DNA of 64,000 nt, from the NCBI GenBank assembly GCA_001768615.1, contig MELE01000027.1, positions 52,778-116,777 of the forward strand. The letters run 5' to 3'. The notes under the pieces are model-generated. The model was not told the DNA's origin. It saw only the letters and a list, made by a program, of their open reading frames with translations, and searched no databases. The translations under genes and the position numbers were made by a program. Positions 38,540 to 46,647 of the stretch are shown piece by piece (the first letter of the stretch is position 1; each line of letters begins with the position of its first letter). Origin of the DNA: Acidobacteria bacterium RIFCSPLOWO2_12_FULL_67_14b (GTDB taxonomy: Bacteria > Acidobacteriota > Vicinamibacteria > Vicinamibacterales > UBA2999).

Positions 38540-38854
38540 GATTGCAGATTTCGCCGATCTCAGATCTCAGATGTGCCTTCAGCCTCTAAGTTATTGATGA
38601 ATAAGGCCCAACAGGATGGCACCAGGGCGGCTTCTTGTCCGGCCATGACTCCAAAGGAACTCAAAGACAGGACCAAGCGCTTCGCCATCGATGTGATTCA
38701 TCGCGAAGATTGGGATCGTGCTGGAAGAAGCAGGCAGATGAGCTGACAGCAATATTCGTTTCATCACTAAAGACCGCCAAGAGGTGATAGTCCGACCAAT
38801 CTGCCATCTACCATCTGAAATCGATCTGCAATCTACCTTCCGAAATCTGCAATC
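38540..38854. repeat. inverted CAGAT-word arms (perfect 14-bp GATTGCAGATTTCG / CGAAATCTGCAATC) enclosing a gene remnant
   Basis: The left arm 38540..38553 and right arm 38841..38854 are exact reverse complements. Additional words (GATCTCAGATCTCAGATG versus CATCTACCATCTGAAATCGATCTGCAATC) flank them. Confidence 0.85.
38645..38787 (+). pseudogene. decayed four-helix-bundle protein gene (TIGR02436 / S23p-IVS / Avd-like) with internal deletions and frameshifts
   Basis: Three frames read MTPKELKDRTKRFAIDVIH, then KIGIVLEEAGR*, then ADELTAIFVSSLKTAKR*. These match, from memory, the N-terminal, EEADE and C-terminal TAKR signatures of the family. Confidence 0.6.
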
Positions 38855-40458
38855 GTCTTCAGCTCCGCGAGATCCTTGTCGGCCGAAGCCCAGCCCTTGA
38901 GGGCGAGGCCGAACTCGCGCTTCGCGGTGGCGGCGTTGCCGTCGTGCTCGGCGACCAGGGCCAGGGCGTAGTGCGTGCCGGCGTAGGCCGGGTCGTGTTC
39001 GAGCAGCAGCTGCGCCATCCGGCCCGCGAAGGTCCAGTCGCCGACGTCGCGCGCGGCGCGCGCCATCGCTTCCAGGCGGAACGTCGACTGGCTCCACGCA
39101 TCCGGCCCCGGCAGCGATCGCCATTTCTGCGCGGCGCGCTCCATGACCTGCCGGCCCTTCTCGCGCTGCGCGGTGCGCAGCAGGAACTCCCCCTGCAGCT
39201 GCTCGAGCGCGATCGCGGCCAGGCCTTGCCCGCCCTGCGCACTGCGCAGCGCTTTCAACGCCGCATTCGACGCGGCCGCCGCGTCACCGGGGCGCTTGGT
39301 GGCGAGCAGCGCAAAGCCGGCTTCGATGTGTCCCGTCGCCTGGACCACGAGGTTCGGATGCGCGACGAGGATCCTGGCCGCCGCGAGCGCTTCTTCGGGC
39401 CGGTTGCGCGCCAGCAGGAACATCGGCCACTCGCGCTTGTTCACCGCCTGCACCAGCAGGTTCGACGACAACGCGAACGACTGCTTCAGCAGCGGCTCCG
39501 CTTTCCGCACCTGTCCGACGTATTGATACGAGGCCGCAAGCAGGTCGAGATTGTGCTGGTGATGCCAGTCGAACTCGGCCGGGATTTTCTCGCTGCTGAA
39601 GTAGGCGCGCTGCAGGCGGTCGGCCGCCTCGAATTCGGCGATGGCGTCGGCGGGGCGGCCCGTCCGCCGCAGCTCGTGTCCGTGCATGTGTCGCGCATGC
39701 GGGATCGCCGGCGCCTGCGCCGCATACGCAGCCGCGTGCGCGAGCGCCTCGGCCATGCGTCCGCCGTTCTCGGCCGCGTGCGCCAGGTAATGCCGCGCCG
39801 CGAAATGGTCCGGCGCCACTTTCAACGCGCGCTCGTAAAACGGGATCGACGCCGCCACCGACCCCTGCCCGCGATCGGCGGGATCCGGCGAGGCCGCCAT
39901 GCCGCGCTTCAACAGCAGCTCGACGTCGGACGGGAATGCCACGAGCGCCGCATCCAGGGCCGCGCGATACGGGGGCAACTTGCTCGCGTCGCCGGGCGCG
40001 TCTTCGGCGGCCATCTGCAGCGCCCGCGCCTCGATGTGCCGCCGCTCATGATCCGACACCTTCGGTGCCATCGCCCGGGCGCGCTCGATCGCCCGCCGCG
40101 CATCCGCGGTCAGGTTCAGCTCGATGTAGGCGTAGCTCAGGCCGACGTCGGCGAGCGCGAGTCCCGGATCGATCCTGAGCGCCTGGTGAAACGATCGCGC
40201 CGCTTCGATCCAGACGAACGAATGCAGGTAGGACAGTCCCTGGTCGAAGAAGGCCTGCGCGTCGGCCGATGCCGTGGTGACCGTGTCGTGCGAGACGCCG
40301 ATGCCCGCGTGCACGGTGACGGGGCGCTCGAGCAGCTCTTGCGGAACGACGGGCAGGGTGTGTTGGGCGTGCTGCGCCCAGACAAGGCAGAAGGCAGAAG
40401 GCACAAGGCAGAAGTACGAGGACAAAAGGAAAAGGCAGAAGGAAGAAGAGCGCTTCAC
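38833..40458 (-). CDS. TPR repeat protein, probably secreted
   Basis: 541-aa ORF with a GTG start, a repeat-encoded signal-like N-terminus MKRSSSFCLFLLSSYFCLVPSAFCLVWA and multiple TPR-like helices. The last residues, TIADFGR, are encoded by the repeat arm. Confidence 0.75.
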   Translation of the reverse strand: MKRSSSFCLFLLSSYFCLVPSAFCLVWAQHAQHTLPVVPQELLERPVTVHAGIGVSHDTVTTASADAQAFFDQGLSYLHSFVWIEAARSFHQALRIDPGLALADVGLSYAYIELNLTADARRAIERARAMAPKVSDHERRHIEARALQMAAEDAPGDASKLPPYRAALDAALVAFPSDVELLLKRGMAASPDPADRGQGSVAASIPFYERALKVAPDHFAARHYLAHAAENGGRMAEALAHAAAYAAQAPAIPHARHMHGHELRRTGRPADAIAEFEAADRLQRAYFSSEKIPAEFDWHHQHNLDLLAASYQYVGQVRKAEPLLKQSFALSSNLLVQAVNKREWPMFLLARNRPEEALAAARILVAHPNLVVQATGHIEAGFALLATKRPGDAAAASNAALKALRSAQGGQGLAAIALEQLQGEFLLRTAQREKGRQVMERAAQKWRSLPGPDAWSQSTFRLEAMARAARDVGDWTFAGRMAQLLLEHDPAYAGTHYALALVAEHDGNAATAKREFGLALKGWASADKDLAELKTIADFGR

Positions 40459-40489
40459 AACGCCATTCTGCCTTCTGCCTTCTGCCTTG
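40383..40489. repeat. GGCAGAAGG-word hairpin: perfect 21-bp inverted repeat (40383..40403 and 40469..40489) with 65-nt loop
   Basis: CAAGGCAGAAGGCAGAAGGCA and its exact reverse complement were read directly. The loop contains more GGCAGAAG words and the GTG start at 40458. Confidence 0.9.
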
Positions 40490-40492
40490 TTC

Positions 40493-43400
40493 TTAGAAGC
40501 TGAGGTGCGCGCCCAGCTTGAAGAACCGGTGCTGCAGGACGTTGGTCGGACGCAGCCAGCTCGCCGAGGCCGCGTTCGAGTAGGTGGTGCTGACCGTGTA
40601 GGGCCAGCTGCTGTTGAACACGTTGTAGAGGTCGAAGTCGACCCGCATCCTCACCTTGCTCATGGTGAACCGCTTGGCGAGACGAACGTCGAGCTGATTC
40701 AGGTTGTGATCGCCATACTCCGTGCCTTCGCTGATCAGTTGGACCGTCCGTGACGCGACACCCGTCCAGGCGCGGCCGATCTGCTGCGTGGCAACGGCGT
40801 TGGTCACTGCCCAGCCCGCCGTGACACTCGGGCCGGCCCCGCCATTTTGCACGCCGCGGGTGAACTGGTAGGTACCCGCCAGTTGAATGTCGAATGGCAG
40901 CGTGTACGAACCGGACAGCTTCGCATCCGGCCGGTACCCGTACTCCCGGTGGCAGCCCTTCGTGCCATCCGCGTAGATCTCGGTGCTGCCCGCCGGCACC
41001 GCATCGTTCCCCGCCGCCAGCACGTTGCAGTTGTCGAACGTGCGCGAGGTGGCCGCGATGCCGCCCCTCAGGAACGCGCCGTTGCGGAAGCGCGACTCGA
41101 GGTTGATGTCGAAGCCCTGATACAGGTTGGTCTCGCCGCCAAAGTCGTCCGAGAACCGGATCAGGCTGTTGGCGGGCTGTCTCAGAGCGAACACGGCAGG
41201 CTTGAGGTCCTGGACGCCGCACACCTGGAAGCCGCCGCCGCCGGGCAGGTCCGGATCGACCGGCGCCGTGATGCAGTACGAGTCGTAGCTGTTGGCGTCG
41301 AAGCGGAGGTCGTCGACGATCGTCTGGTTGCCGAAGGTCCGGCGATAGTAGCCGCCGTTGACCGAGATGCGGTCCGCCAGCTGGTGCTGCATCGCGAAGG
41401 TGACCTCGTTGTTGTAGCCGCGCGCGCCCCAGCCGTGGAGCACCTTCGGATCGTACTGCGTGGTCGGCACGGTGAGGCGTCCGAACGTAGGCGTCGCCGC
41501 CGAATTGGTCAACTCGTTGAACTGGATGTTGCCGGCGCTATCGAGCGGCAGCCCATTGCCGTCCAGGTCTCTCCACGGCCGGGTGTCCAGCGCGGTGAGC
41601 GCGCCGATGGGGTTCACCTGGTTGGCCACCGCAATCTGCTGGCCCGCCACGTAGCGCGCGAAGCTCGCCTTGATGGCGGTGCGGCCGTTGCCGAACACGT
41701 CCATCGCGAAGCCGACGCGAGGCGAGATGTCCTTCCAGTTCTGCACCGTGCCGGCGCACAGGTCGCCCGGATCCCATTGGCCATCGTCGCAGACACCGAA
41801 GGTGGCGCCGCCGCCGTGGCGGCTCGCCAGAATCGAGCTCTCACGCGATTCGCCGATGAACTGGTCGAAGCGCAGGCCCAGGTTCAGCGTGACGCGGCCC
41901 AGCGACCAGCGGTCCTGCACGTAGAGGCCAAGGTCGCGCTTGATGCCGTTGTTGCGGTCGGACGGCAAGCGGAGCGTCACCTGCACCGGCACGCCGTTGT
42001 TGTAGGTGATGGGCTGCATGTCGCCCGTCCACCGCGTCAGGAGTTTCCAGTCGCCGTTGCTGAACGTTGCGCCGGCGCGGAAGCTGTGCGAGCCCGCCAC
42101 GTACGACGCCGCGCCCATGAAGGTGCGGAGCACCGAGTAATGGTCGGCCGGGTTGGGCCAGGCGTTGGCCTGCCGGTTGTTCGAAGCATCGACGACGTTG
42201 TAGACGCGCGCGTTCTGAATGGCGTTGTCGTCCCACACCTTGTCTTCGGAGCCGGTCACGCCCGGCTGATAGAGCTCGGTGTAGTTCTGGTTGTACATGC
42301 CGAAACCGGCTTCCAGCAACAGCCGGTTGGTGTGCGTGCGCGTCCACTTCGTGACGTTGACGAAGCTGGTCGGGGTCACCTGCACGCCGGCCGCCTCGGG
42401 CGGAATCGTCGCCGCGATGCCCCAGTGGTTGCGGTACTTGCGCTGGTTGTCGTGATACACGGAGATCTTGTCGTTGGTGCTCACCTGCCACGAAATGCGT
42501 CCCGCGTTGCTGGTGATGTGCCCGTCATCGATGCCGGGCTTGGTAAAGTCGGGCGCGTAGACGAATTGCGATGGGTTCGAGTCGAAGTAGGCGTCGGCCT
42601 TCGTCTTTTCCGAGCCCCAGTTCCGGAAGGTGTAGTTGAACCACACCTTGTTCCTGATGATGGGACCGCCAATCTGCGGGTTGATGTCCCAGATCTTCTG
42701 GATCACGTCGACGTTGGTGAGCGTGTTGTTCCGGTTGAACGTGGTGCTGCCGCTCAGGTTCGACCGCGTGCACGGCTGGCCGATGCCGGCCGAGCCGCAG
42801 TTGTCGGAGCCGAACGACTCGCCGGCAAAGTTGCCGATCACCATGCCGCGGAACGTGTTGCCGCCGTCCTTGGGCACCATGTTGACGCGCATGCCGCCCT
42901 GGCCCATCTCGGCCGAGTCGGCGCCGGTCACGTAGCTGAACTCCTCGAAGCTCGAGTCGTTCCAGTAGACGCCGCTGTAGGCGCCCTGCGCGCACAGGTT
43001 ATTGAGGCGGATGCCCTCGACGGTCTGCACCGTGTCGCCCGAGCCGCGATACTGGAGCGGCGACTGCTGCAGGTTGCCTGAGCCGCCGACGTCGCGCGAC
43101 AGCGCGCCGCCGCCGCCCACCGCGATGGTGGTGCCCGGGATCATGATGCCGACCGCCTGGATGTTGCGGCCCGTCGGCAGCGCCTCGCGCACTTCCGCCG
43201 TCATCACGACGCGTTGGGTGATGCTCTGCGTGTCGACGATGGGCGATTCGCCGGTGACCGTCAGCGTTTCTTCGAGCGCGCCGACCTTCAGGTCCACGTT
43301 GATGGTGGCCGTGAAGTCCGACGTCAGCTCGATGCCCTGGCGGACTACTGTCTGGAAGCCGGGGAGCGTGAAGGTTACGGTATAGGTTCCGGGCCGAAGC

Positions 43401-43606
43401 GCCAGGATCTCGTACCGGCCGGCTCCGCTCGTCGTGGCCGAGCGGACCTTTTCGATCAGCGCCGGGCTGGCCGCTTCAACCGTGACACCAGGCATCACCG
43501 CGCCGGAGTCGTCCCGGACGACGCCGCTGATGGAGCTGGTTTGCGCCGAGGCAAGTGCCGGCGCGAGGACAATACACGCGAGTACAAGAATCCTGAGCGA
43601 ACGCAT
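40493..43606 (-). CDS. TonB-dependent receptor with carboxypeptidase-regulatory-like domain
   Basis: ATG at 43606 (MRSLRILVLACIVLAPALASAQ) with GAGGGGG upstream. SGVVRDDSGAVMPGVTVEA..GRYEI motif and C-terminal ...FFKLGAHLSF. Confidence 0.85.
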   Translation of the reverse strand: MRSLRILVLACIVLAPALASAQTSSISGVVRDDSGAVMPGVTVEAASPALIEKVRSATTSGAGRYEILALRPGTYTVTFTLPGFQTVVRQGIELTSDFTATINVDLKVGALEETLTVTGESPIVDTQSITQRVVMTAEVREALPTGRNIQAVGIMIPGTTIAVGGGGALSRDVGGSGNLQQSPLQYRGSGDTVQTVEGIRLNNLCAQGAYSGVYWNDSSFEEFSYVTGADSAEMGQGGMRVNMVPKDGGNTFRGMVIGNFAGESFGSDNCGSAGIGQPCTRSNLSGSTTFNRNNTLTNVDVIQKIWDINPQIGGPIIRNKVWFNYTFRNWGSEKTKADAYFDSNPSQFVYAPDFTKPGIDDGHITSNAGRISWQVSTNDKISVYHDNQRKYRNHWGIAATIPPEAAGVQVTPTSFVNVTKWTRTHTNRLLLEAGFGMYNQNYTELYQPGVTGSEDKVWDDNAIQNARVYNVVDASNNRQANAWPNPADHYSVLRTFMGAASYVAGSHSFRAGATFSNGDWKLLTRWTGDMQPITYNNGVPVQVTLRLPSDRNNGIKRDLGLYVQDRWSLGRVTLNLGLRFDQFIGESRESSILASRHGGGATFGVCDDGQWDPGDLCAGTVQNWKDISPRVGFAMDVFGNGRTAIKASFARYVAGQQIAVANQVNPIGALTALDTRPWRDLDGNGLPLDSAGNIQFNELTNSAATPTFGRLTVPTTQYDPKVLHGWGARGYNNEVTFAMQHQLADRISVNGGYYRRTFGNQTIVDDLRFDANSYDSYCITAPVDPDLPGGGGFQVCGVQDLKPAVFALRQPANSLIRFSDDFGGETNLYQGFDINLESRFRNGAFLRGGIAATSRTFDNCNVLAAGNDAVPAGSTEIYADGTKGCHREYGYRPDAKLSGSYTLPFDIQLAGTYQFTRGVQNGGAGPSVTAGWAVTNAVATQQIGRAWTGVASRTVQLISEGTEYGDHNLNQLDVRLAKRFTMSKVRMRVDFDLYNVFNSSWPYTVSTTYSNAASASWLRPTNVLQHRFFKLGAHLSF

Positions 43607-43689
43607 CACTATTCCCCCTCTTTCAAGTTGCATCCAACAAAGCCCACGGCGCGTGGGTGAGCCTCGTATCAACGACCGGACGGACAGGA

Positions 43690-43707
43690 ATTGAACGGTG
43701 GTTCAAT
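43690..43707. promoter_or_regulatory. palindrome ATTGAAC-GGTG-GTTCAAT nested in outer inverted repeat GACAGGAA/TTCCTGTC (43683..43724)
   Basis: Read directly. It lies about 85-100 nt upstream of the receptor start at 43606 and is AT-richer than its surroundings. Confidence 0.4.
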
Positions 43708-43770
43708 AACTCACGTTTCCTGTCGGCATCATTAAGCAGCAGGCCGGTGTGCCTAGTCAATGGACAAGGC

Positions 43771-44148
43771 TTACTTCCTTGTAGCGGTGAAGGTACCGTT
43801 GACCATGCCGCCGATGTCGAGCGTTCCCTTCATCGTGTTCTTCTCGACCGTGCCCTTGTAGCTGACCGGGGCCTGCTGGCCTTGGACGTCAATGGTGAAC
43901 GTGAAGGCCACGTCGCTGCCCTTGACCGTGCCGGTCAGGTCGGCGGCGCCCAACTGGCCGTTGTACTTGCCGGTGAGCATCTCGCCATCCTGCTTGAACG
44001 TGATCGCGGGCGTGCCGCCCCCCTGATCCGTCTGGACCGTGAACGCCCACTCACCAGTAATATTGACCGCCTGCGCGGCAAGCTGTGCAGAGGCGAGCAG
44101 TCCAACCACGAAAACAATGCCGGCGACCGCGTGAATTATCGACCTCAT
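43771..44148 (-). CDS. small secreted protein of unknown function
   Basis: 125 aa, signal peptide ...LLASAQLAAQA, beta-rich. GAGGAGG RBS upstream. Confidence 0.7.
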   Translation of the reverse strand: MRSIIHAVAGIVFVVGLLASAQLAAQAVNITGEWAFTVQTDQGGGTPAITFKQDGEMLTGKYNGQLGAADLTGTVKGSDVAFTFTIDVQGQQAPVSYKGTVEKNTMKGTLDIGGMVNGTFTATRK

Positions 44149-44187
44149 CTCGAAGCCTCCTCAGGGCAACGGATCCTACCCCAAATT

Positions 44188-44262
44188 GGGTGCCTGGGGT
44201 GCGTACGGTGACTAGGGTGCCTACGGGTTGGTGCCGGGTGCGGGTGCCGGTGCCGGTGCCGG
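44188..44262. repeat. GGGTGC/GGTGCCG word array
   Basis: gggtgcctggggtgcgtacggtgactagggtgcctacgggttggtgccgggtgcgggtgccggtgccggtgccggg lies in a divergent intergenic region. Confidence 0.8.
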
Positions 44263-44295
44263 GCGCCATGGTGCTAGGATGGCGGGGTCCTGACC

Positions 44296-45894
44296 ATGAC
44301 GATCCATGTGGCGTCCGGCTTCTTGAGCGCCGAAGCCTTGGCGAAGGCGGTTCGCCGGACCATCCTTGCCCTCGCCCTGACGCTCGCCCCCACGTGGGCC
44401 CTGGCGCAGGCGCTGCCCAACATCAGCACCACGATCGTGCGTTACAACACGCGCAAGGCCACGGTGAAGCCGCAGGGCGAGCTCAAGGCCCAGATTGATG
44501 CGGTCGACCAGGAGATTGCCGAGGCCAACCGGCTCGGCAGGATCGGCGAGGGGCGGCGGCAGATTGCCAGGGGCCTCGCGCTGCTCGACGGCACGCCGTG
44601 GACGGCCGCGCTCGACTTCCAGAATTCGCTGGCGCTGCGCAGCGAGCGCACGCTGATCGACTCCGCCGTGTCGTACACGCTGCGGCTCGAACAGATCTAC
44701 AGCCCGTCGATCGAACTGACGCCGGCGATTAGCGCGAAGGTGTCGCTGCGCAAGCGTCCACCGGCTGGCCCGCCGGGGCCGGGGACGACGCCCGCGCCGG
44801 CGGCGCGCGAGCTGGCGACCTTCGACGGCGTGAGCCGCGACCTGCGGGAGTCGCCGCTGGTGATGGAACTCGACCTGGCGGGCGCGGAAGACGGCGCGCA
44901 CCTCATCGAGACCGAGGTCTTCGACGGCACGACATCGCTTGGCACGACCGCGCTCGGCGTCGTGTTGATGAAAGGCCTCGATGCGAAGCTGCGTGCCCTC
45001 GAGGCTGCGGCGGCCGGGGTGCCCCCGGGCGCGCGCGCCGACGTCCTCTATCCGGGGGACTTCATCAAGAACGTCAATCGCGGCCGCGTCGGCCCAGGCA
45101 CCTTCAACCTCGCCGGCGAAATTGCCGCCGCCGAGGCGGTCGTCGCGACGGCGAAGGGCGGGAAGGACCCGTTCAAGGGCAGGACCGGCGACATGGAGCG
45201 GCACTATCCGCTCGAGGGCGCGGGCGAGATCATGCCGTATCGCGTCTACGTGCCGAAGGCCTACACCGGCGCCACGGCCATGCCGCTGGTGATTGCGCTG
45301 CATGGCCTGGGCGCCAACGAAGACTCGTTTTTCGATGCGTACTCGAAGCTGCCGCCGCAGCTGGCGGAGAAACACGGCTTCCTGCTGGCCGCGCCACTCG
45401 GCTACCGCGTCGACGGGTTCTACGGCTCGACGATCATGGGCGGCGGCGACGCCGCGTCGAAGCGGCGCGCCGAGTACAGCGAGAAGGACGTGCTGGAAGT
45501 CCTCCGGCTGATGAAGGCGCAGTATCGCGTCGACGAGTCGCGCATTTTCCTGATCGGCCACTCGATGGGCGCGATCGGCACGTGGGCGCTCGCCTCGAAG
45601 CATCCGGACATCTGGGCGGCGCTCGTGCCGTTCTCCGGGGTGGGCTCGACGACGCTGGCCGAGCGCATGAAAGGGATTCCGCAGTTCGTGGTGCACGGCG
45701 ACAACGATGCGACCGTCAACGTCAACGGATCGCGATCGATGGTGGCGGCGCTGAAGAAGGCGGGCGCCGATGTGACCTACGTCGAAGTGGCCGGCGGCAG
45801 CCACACCGACGTGGTGGTGCCGAACCTGCCGAAGGCCTTCGAGTTCCTCGCGGCGCAGAAGAAGGTGGCTTCCGCGGTCCCGACCAAGCAGTAG
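44296..45894 (+). CDS. secreted alpha/beta hydrolase (esterase/peptidase S9-like C-terminal domain)
   Basis: C-terminal GHSMGAIGTW nucleophile elbow, VHGDNDATV and GGSH. The N-terminal about 300 aa are of unknown fold. Confidence 0.8.
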   Translation: MTIHVASGFLSAEALAKAVRRTILALALTLAPTWALAQALPNISTTIVRYNTRKATVKPQGELKAQIDAVDQEIAEANRLGRIGEGRRQIARGLALLDGTPWTAALDFQNSLALRSERTLIDSAVSYTLRLEQIYSPSIELTPAISAKVSLRKRPPAGPPGPGTTPAPAARELATFDGVSRDLRESPLVMELDLAGAEDGAHLIETEVFDGTTSLGTTALGVVLMKGLDAKLRALEAAAAGVPPGARADVLYPGDFIKNVNRGRVGPGTFNLAGEIAAAEAVVATAKGGKDPFKGRTGDMERHYPLEGAGEIMPYRVYVPKAYTGATAMPLVIALHGLGANEDSFFDAYSKLPPQLAEKHGFLLAAPLGYRVDGFYGSTIMGGGDAASKRRAEYSEKDVLEVLRLMKAQYRVDESRIFLIGHSMGAIGTWALASKHPDIWAALVPFSGVGSTTLAERMKGIPQFVVHGDNDATVNVNGSRSMVAALKKAGADVTYVEVAGGSHTDVVVPNLPKAFEFLAAQKKVASAVPTKQ

Positions 45895-45897
45895 GCC

Positions 45898-46638
45898 GTG
45901 GGTCGCGCGTCGCTCGAGCAGCTGGCCCAACGCCTCACCAGGGACGCGCGCATCACCGTGCTGACCGGTGCGGGCGTCTCGGCGGCGAGCGGCGTGCCGA
46001 CGTTTCGTGGCGCCGGCGGCTTGTGGAAGCAGTTCGCGCCCGAAACGCTGGCCACGCCCCAGGCCTTCGCGCGCGATCCCGCGCTCGTCTGGGAGTGGTA
46101 CGACTGGCGGCGCCAGACGATCGCGGCGTGCGCGCCGAACGCCGCGCATCGCGTGCTCGCCAACTGGAGCCGCCGCTTCCCCTCGTTTCAACTGATCACG
46201 CAGAACGTCGACGGCCTGCACGAGCGCGCGGGCACCGAGCGTGTCCTGCGCCTGCATGGATCGATTTGGGAAGTGTCCTGCTGGCAGCGATGCGCCGCGG
46301 CCCCCGCGCGCTGGCGCAATGAAGACGCGCCCTTGCAGCGGATCCCTCCCACGTGCCCGCATTGCGGCGGGCTCGTCCGGCCGGGCGTGGTCTGGTTCGG
46401 CGAAGGGCTCGACCCGGACGTCCTGGACGCCGCGCAAGCGGCGTCAGACTGCGACGTGTTTCTGACCGTGGGGACCTCATCGGTGGTCTACCCGGCGGCG
46501 TCGTTTTTCGAGGAGGCCCGCCGGCATGGGGCGTTCACCGTGGAGGTCAATCCGGAGGCGACGCCCGCCTCGGCCATGGCGGATCTGGTGTTTCGCGCAC
46601 CGGCCGAGGTGGTTCTTCCCGAGCTCAAACTCCCCTAA
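45898..46638 (+). CDS. cobB: NAD-dependent protein deacylase, Sir2 family
   Basis: GAGVSAASGVPTFRG, QNVDGLH, and zinc ribbon CWQRC...CPHCGG. 246 aa. GTG start. Confidence 0.9.
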   Translation: MGRASLEQLAQRLTRDARITVLTGAGVSAASGVPTFRGAGGLWKQFAPETLATPQAFARDPALVWEWYDWRRQTIAACAPNAAHRVLANWSRRFPSFQLITQNVDGLHERAGTERVLRLHGSIWEVSCWQRCAAAPARWRNEDAPLQRIPPTCPHCGGLVRPGVVWFGEGLDPDVLDAAQAASDCDVFLTVGTSSVVYPAASFFEEARRHGAFTVEVNPEATPASAMADLVFRAPAEVVLPELKLP

Positions 46639-46647
46639 TATACGTAC

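Noticed and set aside
38492-38746. 84-aa ORF taken at face value as a protein gene
   Set aside because: Only its middle part (MTPKELKDRTKRFAIDVIH) looks like real protein sequence. The rest is read-through of repeat DNA and a frameshifted remnant, so it is called a pseudogene instead.
45898-46638. Sir2-domain protein as a possible anti-phage defence (Thoeris/DSR-like) component
   Set aside because: It has the canonical CobB/sirtuin length (246 aa) with an intact zinc ribbon and NAD motifs. It has no fused effector or partner (ThsB/TIR, HerA and so on) and sits 3 nt downstream of a hydrolase gene in an ordinary operon.
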